From: the human T2T-CHM13v2.0 reference genome, Homo sapiens
Assembly: GCF_009914755.1 (NCBI RefSeq)
Contig: NC_060926.1
Strand: one strand, 5' to 3'
DNA length: 64,000 bases
Shown: piece by piece, positions 56,260 through 64,000 of the stretch
How positions within the stretch are numbered: position 1 is the stretch's first letter
How the letters are laid out: every line of letters begins with the position of its first letter
The notes under the pieces: model-generated
What the model was told of the DNA's origin: nothing
Seen by the model: only the letters and a program-made list of their open reading frames with translations
Database searches by the model: none
Position numbers and translations under genes: made by a program

Positions 56260-56705
56260 AAATTAGATTCCTAGGGCTGCCATAACAAATTACCACAAAC
56301 TGTGTAGCTGAAAACAACAGAAACTTATTCTGTCACAGTTCTAGAGGCTAGAAGTCCATCAAGGTGTCAGCAACATTGGTTTCTACTGGAGGTTCTGAGG
56401 GAGAGTCTGTTCCAAGTCTCTCTCCAGTCTCCTGTTGGTTCCTGGCAATCCTTGGCCTTCCTTGGTTTGTAGACCCATCACTTCACTCTCAGTTTCCATT
56501 GCCATATGCGTTCTCACTGAGTCTCTCTGTGTCTTCACGTGGCCTGTTTATGAGGACACCAGTCATTGGCTTTAGGACCCACCTTCATCCAGTATGACCT
56601 CATTTTTAACTAACTACATCTGCAAAAACCCTGTTTCCAACTAAAGTCACATTCTGAGGTTCTGAATGGACATGAATTTTGGGATATCACTAGTCAAACT
56701 GACAC
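56260..56705 (-). mobile_element. MLT1 (B/C-like) MaLR LTR
   Basis: cctagggctgccataacaaattaccacaaact...tcacagttctagaggctagaagtcc...gtcacattctgagg. Confidence 0.8.
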
Positions 56706-57981
56706 ACCCCCTTAAAAGTTTCAGGTGCTTTCATATCTTTAATCTCTTCTTATTCTTACTTTCTGTATTCGAATGTGAGCTCCTTGGAGGAAGGGCCTGT
56801 GTCTCTTTAATTTACTTTGAGGCAGCTAGAAATGTTTATTTGGCCACTTGAAAGGATTGGAGAGACAAGGGTGACACCAAGTTGGGTGTGGAAAGGTGAT
56901 GCCTGAGATGGAGGAGTCAACCGGAAGGAGGGAGAAAGACAGGATTTTAAAAAATCACATCTGAACAAATAATAAAGGAGAAAGGTCAGGGATACCAAAT
57001 ATTCTAATGTGGTATATTTGGAAGCACTGCTGCCGGAAATAGAAATTGCCAAAGCCAGAAGGAAGGTGCAAGAAGTGAGAACAAGGTGTAGGTAAGAGGC
57101 CAGGAAAAGAGGAGATGGGGACAGGGTTATTGCCTCGGGGCAGGACCAGAAAAAATCTCCTCCGTGAGGAGGGGCAGTCCTGCTGCCAGTGTAGTTTCTG
57201 TCTAAAGTCAGGAGATCCAATGGAAAGAACCTGCCTTCTCCAGATATCTGAGGTAAAAGATGTTGGAACATCTTCAGCCGCTCGTGACCTTGAGGTCATG
57301 GAGAACGGAAGAAGAGATGTGACAGCTGGGAAAATCCCTGGTAGAGCCATTATGTTGTGGAATCCAAAAGGAAGTAAGCTGACTGGACAATGAGAAGCTG
57401 CAATGTGATATTCCTCAAGTGAATATAGTATGTAGTCCATCTTCTCCCTGACAGCATAATAAAAATCTATGATCAGGGCTGCGAGATCACAGGAAGGGAG
57501 GGGCACTTCCAAGAGGCAGAGATGTGGAGGAGAAAACGGAGCAGCTTCCTGGGAGAGAGCTCACCCTTCTGTTTACTTCCCTGGTAGTGGCAACTGAAAG
57601 ACAGCAGGAAAGCTATCCAGTGACCAAACCAAGAATCCTAGCCTGGTGCACTCATGACCTGTGTTTGTCACTGAGTTTCCCTATTTGACTAATGTGATCA
57701 GTGACACAGTTTCCCCAAATTACCCAATGTCATCCAGCTAGTAGAGAATCTGGCCAGAACAATTATTAATTCTGCTGTTTCCTACTATTGTGCCCTTTCT
57801 CAACTACACTGTATTAAATCTTAAAAATAAGCACCAAGTTCATAAGTGAGATTAGTCACCTTGGTGCCTTGAACCGTAAGAAAAGTGTGGATTTTCCTGG
57901 CCAACTTGTATCACCCAGTTTGGTAATTCATCTAGGTGTGGGAGCATAACCTTGAGAAAGTCTTTTTGTTTCATTCCACAG

Positions 57982-58083
57982 GGGACACTTCAAACCAAAG
58001 CAGTGGGCCACATTCCCCCGTCGCAGCAGGTACGAGGGGAAGTGCCGAGGTTCAAGACTGCAGCGAGCCTGGTGACCATAAAG
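57982..58083 (+). CDS. MYO3B: MYO3B coding exon (tail), (G)[33 protein letters not shown]
   Basis: tttcattccacag| acceptor, AAG|gtagag donor; 102 nt, phase 1-1, open frame, locally CpG-rich; agrees with the recalled MYO3B tail. Confidence 0.88.
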
Positions 58084-59100
58084 GTAGAGTCTTTCGAGAT
58101 TTAGAATGAGTGTTCTAAATTCAGGGGCATTCCGGAGAAGGTTCCAAAGCTGGAAGTGATCACCTCTTATATAAGAACCTTCTGTCCACCACTCCTTCTT
58201 TTTTCTATAGGTGACAGCCAATTAAATTTAAGGCCAACCTTGCAGAGGACTCTGAAGGGTGATTTCATAGAAGGGAATAGAATAGATGGGGATAAGCTCC
58301 GTTCCTCACAGTTGCCCCTCCACCTCCTTCCATGTTCCCTGGAACACTGGTCTAGTTGCAGCTCTCCTTACCAATGGCTTCGCCTTAACCTGTCCTCTTG
58401 AGGCAGACTCTGACATGTTTGTATCAGATTTACCTTAAGACTGAGGAAAGTTTAGTGTCTTGGGAAGATCTTTCTATGATCCAGAACCTGGTATATAGAT
58501 CTCAGACTGATTGAGAACATTCATGGAAGGAAGGGGTACTGTGGACAAGAAGTGGAAACGTGGGTTTCTGGTTCTCAGTCCTCCACCAGTTAATATCCCT
58601 AAGCTCCAGTCACGGTAACATGAGACAATTGGACTAAATCATGGTTTTCAAACATTTTTAAAATATTGCAGTCTCACCCTTTTGAATTTTGAAGGTCCCT
58701 GGACTTCTGCTTGAGAGGCTATGATTTTTGAAGTATGGTCTTTAATGCCAGCACCTGCATTTGATGGCAAGTGAAGATTTTGTGGTAGAATTTACAGTTA
58801 CAGTTTATCTGCCAGCCCCAGCGCCACTGCCCAGTGTGTAGGCAGAGAGTCTCTGGGTACCTCAGACTCCTTTAGTATCTCTCACTCAGTCTGTTTCAAG
58901 GAAATACTGAACTGGAACTTTACCTTGGGGCAAGGAGGTTAGAAAGTAGGAGAAAAAGAGAAGTAGCAGGATCCAGGAGAACATCAGTGTTTCTTGAACT
59001 TGAGGAGACTTGGGGATGGAGACAATGAGAAAGTTTTCATTTTCAAAAGAAGGGTGTCTGGCTATTACTGACTGAGGGTGCAGATCACTGTTTCCCCCTA

Positions 59101-59156
59101 GAAGTCACAAATAGGAGATCCTCCAGTATAGGAAGTCACAAATAGGAGATCCTCCA
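59101..59156. repeat. Short tandem duplication (25-bp perfect core, 31-bp period)
   Basis: GAAGTCACAAATAGGAGATCCTCCA at 59101 and 59132. Confidence 0.95.
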
Positions 59157-59422
59157 AAGATGTGTTATGCTTGGCCACACACAGTGCTTTTTAAAAAACT
59201 TTGAACCTGAATGTCTTTAAGTGGGGTGTGAATTCTCTGGTTCATCACAAATCCCACGATTCCCCATCCTCTTTGCCTGATACTTCACACATTTATATTT
59301 CTTCCTACGTGCCCCCAAAGGCATTTGCAACACCTCCTAATGGTGTTCTTGGTGTTTTTTGTTGTTTTTTTTTTCTGACAGGCAGATGCTTTTCCATCTT
59401 ACTTCAAAATAGTCTGATAGAG

Positions 59423-59901
<479 letters not shown>

Positions 59902-61046
59902 TTATGAATATTTCTACTATTTAAGTTCATAATTTTATTTTTCAGCCATGTCACTGGTCTAATTTTTTTTTAACTCAACCTATTCATACACTTAAAATGA
60001 GTCACCTTCTCTCTCTTTTTTTTCCTTCATATCTCCATTTCTCCAATGTCCTTGTTCAGCAATTCATTTGCCAGAGAGAAGCCAGGTGATTCCAACTGTC
60101 ACCAGCTCATACTGAAAACTGTTTGACAATTTCGGATGCTGCCTTGAATTCAGTGGTTTGATAATCTTATTTATCTCTTTAGTTTGACCCAAATCCTTCT
60201 CCCTGTTCTTCAGCAAAGCTGGGGGATGGAGGAGCAGATTCCTTCTAAGCTTTATTCAGAATATTCTGTAAGTTTCTGGTTTTATACTTCAAATAACTCT
60301 TAAAAATCAATATTTTGATGACTGAAGTGTAAATTAATAAGAAACATGGAATAAGTTTTCCCTTCAATTACATGAACAGAAATTCTATGGAAACCCCAGC
60401 AAAGTAGCTGGGGGCATTTGCTGAACCAGGTAAAGATATTGCTTCCTCTCGTTCTGGTCTTGGACATGGCACCTTCATAAGGAGAGTCCCAAACCAAAAG
60501 AGATTTTACAGTTTTTTTTTTCTAGATCTCTTTGTGCTATTTTCTTCTTTGGATGGCTATTGCTCCTTATTATTTTTAGTTTTTTAACTGAGGATCTCAA
60601 AATAGGTACAGACAAAAGCTTGCAATCTTAGCTTTCCACAAGGGCAATATCATTTGGCCTTTGATCAGTGGTAGCTCTTGGTGCTGCTGATTTGGGCCAG
60701 AGAACAAGGTTAAAAATTATTTGTGGTGATTTTTCCTTCTTAACAGGGAAACAGAAAGATACTTGTATCCCTGAAGTGGGTTCCCCTTTTTTGTTTTTAT
60801 GTCAGTTCTTGCTTTTATGTTGCTTATCACAGCATTGCAAGTGAGTGTGGGCCAAACAGTGATTTAGAATCTCCAAGAGGGGGGAAAACCTGCCTGGTGC
60901 TCTAACTAGAGGATTTTATCAACGGAGAAAAGGCAGTGGGGGAAGGGAAGGGAATTAGTTAATGAAATTCTAACAGGTGGTGGCTATTTTTCTTTATTTC
61001 TATTTTTTCCTTCTTTCAATATTGTTGTTTCACTGTTTGGCCATAA

Positions 61047-61050
<4 letters not shown>

Positions 61051-61077
<27 letters not shown>
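61051..61077. repeat. (TG)n microsatellite
   Basis: Directly visible. Confidence 0.95.
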
Positions 61078-61081
<4 letters not shown>

Positions 61082-61516
61082 ATAAAAATTGTATTAATGT
61101 CTCACTTAAATTTTTCTCTTTTGGTGTTTGTAGCAATAATAACAACAACAACAAATCTTTCTATCCATTACCTTAGCTCAAAGAATTGCATTTATTCCAC
61201 ACAAGAAATATTTATGCTGAGGAACCAAACTGACAATTTAAAATCAGCACATGTTCTTCCCAGAACAGACAACACAAAAAAAACTGATTTCTATACTTTT
61301 TATTTATTTTTCTACACTCCATTTCTATCATGTATTCTGTAATCATAATGTCAACCATTTATGCATCTTCCACAGTAAGTCACAATTCCCAAATTTATAG
61401 ATTATCTTTGTTGGTTACTTTTCAGTTTGGATGGTTCTAGGTTATCTAAAATAAGGATGGCAAATAGGTGTGCAGTCTCCTTCCAACCCTAACTGATGGG
61501 TAGTGACTACTTGGAA

Positions 61517-61878
61517 CAGTGGTTCTCAGCCCTGGCCACATATTAAAATTGTCTAGGGAGCTTTTAATAATTGATGGCAGTTCCCATCCCAGATCAATAT
61601 CAGAATGTCTAGGGGCTGGTCCTAGGCATGTTTAAAATCTTCCTGGGTGTTTCTAATGTACAGCCAGGAGTAAGACTCACTGATCTGGAAGCAGTGTCTC
61701 TCAAAATTTAACATGGATCAAGGTCACCTGGACAGCTTGATAAAAACACAGATTGCCAGACCCTACCTGCAGAGTCTCTGATTCACTAAGTCCGAAGTTG
61801 GGCCCAAGAATGTTCATTTCTAGTAAGTTTCCAGGTGATGTTGATGCTACTTGTTGGGCCACACTTTGACAACCACTG
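61517..61878. mobile_element. Two adjacent MER5-family elements
   Basis: cagtggttctcagcc...ctcactg, then cagtgtctctcaaa...ctttgacaaccactg. Confidence 0.65.
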
Positions 61879-62500
61879 ATGTGAAGTGTTAAGAAGGAAC
61901 TTCAGGTTGAATTAAAGTTCAGTGGAAAAGAAGGCCGTGATTGATTAGCCATGGTCACTGGAAGAAAGAATTGTATTTGTTACCCTCATTGTTGAGAAAC
62001 TCATCAATAAACTGTCCTCAATCAAAATGTGGAAATAGGTTACTCCTGGAATTATTCCCTGTTTACAGTTAATCCTAGCCACATCATCACATTTTGCTCC
62101 TTGCCCTATCCACATCAGCAAGCAGCCTAGCCAGAACTAGAAGCTGATCTGCTGTCTCTGTCTAGCACAGTGTTGTTCCAGCTGTTGTATACTGCTTCTA
62201 CCGGGACCCAAATCACTTGGGGCCTCTAATCTGTGCACTCTTTATATCTATTGCCAGAGAGAGGTAGCTTGTTTTCCTATAAGCATGAAAACAGTTTGCT
62301 GACTGAGACCAAGCATGGAACAAGACCTGGAATCGAGAACAGCTCAATTTTAATGACATATCCTAGAAAAAAAACCTATAGAAAGTCACGGAGTGGTATG
62401 AGGGCAGGGAGAGAAGGGCTGCAGAGAGTGTAGATGGGCACCAAAAGCTAACCCTACCTACTTCTGAACATATGCTTAGCCCTCCTTTCTTTTCTCTCAG

Positions 62501-62603
62501 TTCTCAGGGGCTCTGTACATCGTAGGAGCCATTCACAAGCAGAATCCAACAATGGCCGTACACAGACTTCAAGCAACTCTCCTGCTGTCACAGAGAAAAA
62601 TGG
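62501..62603 (+). CDS. MYO3B: MYO3B coding exon (tail), (V)[33 protein letters not shown](G)
   Basis: cctttcttttctctcag| acceptor, TGG|gtgagc donor; frame continues from the previous exon. Confidence 0.88.
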
Positions 62604-62752
62604 GTGAGCATTATCTGCTAAGAGTTCCCTGTTGTAAACTCAGGTGCTCCATTCTAATGGATAATGAAATGGTAATGGATAATGCAACAAGTATTTCTAC
62701 CACTATGGTATTTTGGTGAACTGGAGAGAGTGGAACCAAAAAGCGTTTCCAG

Positions 62753-63067
<315 letters not shown>

Positions 63068-63169
63068 TCAGATTCTCCCAAGTCTTTATTCTACAGAGCA
63101 ACGTGAACACAACCCTACTTTTTGGGTTCTCTTCATGGTTAAATCTATACTTAGCGTCATCAGGTTAAA

Positions 63170-63590
63170 CATCCTCCCCCTGGATATTTAGCAATGTCTG
63201 AAGACATTTTTGTTTGTCACAACTTTGGAGGGAAGAGTTGTGCAGTTGGCATCTAATGGGCAGAAGCCTGTGATGCTGCTAAACCTCCTGCAATGTAGGA
63301 CAAAGCCTCCCCGCAGCAAAGAATTGTCCAGCCTCAGATGTCAGTAGTCCCACAGTTGAGAAACCTACAGCCAGGCATGGTGGTATGTGCCTGGAGACCC
63401 AGGTAATTGGGAGGCTGAGGTGGGAGTATCACTTTAGCCCAGGAATTTGAGTCCAGCCTAGGAAATATAGTTAGACCCTGTCTCCATATTAAAATATGTA
63501 TATATATACACATATATATATACACACACATATATATACACATATATATATACACACATATATACACACACACACATATATATATAATCT
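63170..63590. mobile_element. MER20-like fragment, Alu monomer (63370-63490 +) and (TA/CA)n tract
   Basis: gcaatgtctgaagacatttttgtttgtcacaac...gttgagaaacc; Alu-like gccaggcatggtgg; simple repeat at 63495-63590. Confidence 0.7.
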
Positions 63591-64000
63591 CATTTGGGGG
63601 AGATATATATATTATCTCATTTGAGTAGAAAAATGATGAGCTTCTAGAAAAACCCTAGATTTAAGCTAAAGCAAAAAGGGAGTATCATTTCCTGTTTAGC
63701 CACAGGTTTGAGTTAAATATAATTCAAAAGGAGTATAGCAGAGCTTGCCTTTCAGTGACCTCTGAGCTGCTCAAGCTGCAGGGCCCGATACCCTGGCTAA
63801 ATGTAGGCTCAAGACACTTTAAGTCCAGCCAGGCCAGGCATGACACCAAGAGCTAAAGACACAAACAGCTCCTAGGCCTGTTCTTCACGGAAGCCTTTAT
63901 AATGTGCCTTCTCTCAGATAAGGTTTCCAGAACCCATCATGTATGTCACCAGGAGGAGGACACAGCTACAGGAAGGAGTGGACCATGGCAAAGGGAAGGC

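Noticed and set aside
56807-57512. 154-aa and 185-aa minus-strand ORFs
   Set aside because: They come from a purine-rich plus strand (probably an old L2-like remnant); composition is biased and there is no domain or splice support.

Overview
Primate (human or great-ape) genomic DNA, not prokaryotic. The window is an internal part of the myosin IIIB gene (MYO3B) on the + strand. Seven coding exons (6448-6525, 9586-9791, 41665-41776, 42713-42875, 44852-44932, 57982-58083, 62501-62603; 845 nt in total) all have AG/GT boundaries and join in one open frame. They encode the end of the motor domain ([31 protein letters not shown]), both IQ motifs and the start of the tail. The rest is intron, including one of about 31.9 kb, filled with about 30 Alus, solo LTRs with intact target-site duplications (LTR12, MST, nested LTR47-like/MER52, MER21, THE1, MER34-like, MER31, MLT), L1/L2/MIR fragments, Tigger3, MER20, MER5 and microsatellites. 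Almost all ORFs in the supplied track are repeat-derived or chance. I found no convincing new multi-gene system. The best leads are small-scale: an antisense LTR12 promoter inserted inside an Alu TSD, a 38-bp templated copy inside a fold-back AT-rich tract, a VNTR built of decoy 3' splice sites, and several alternative or recursive splice-site candidates. Repeat family names come from recalled consensus sequences, and most repeat boundaries are approximate.
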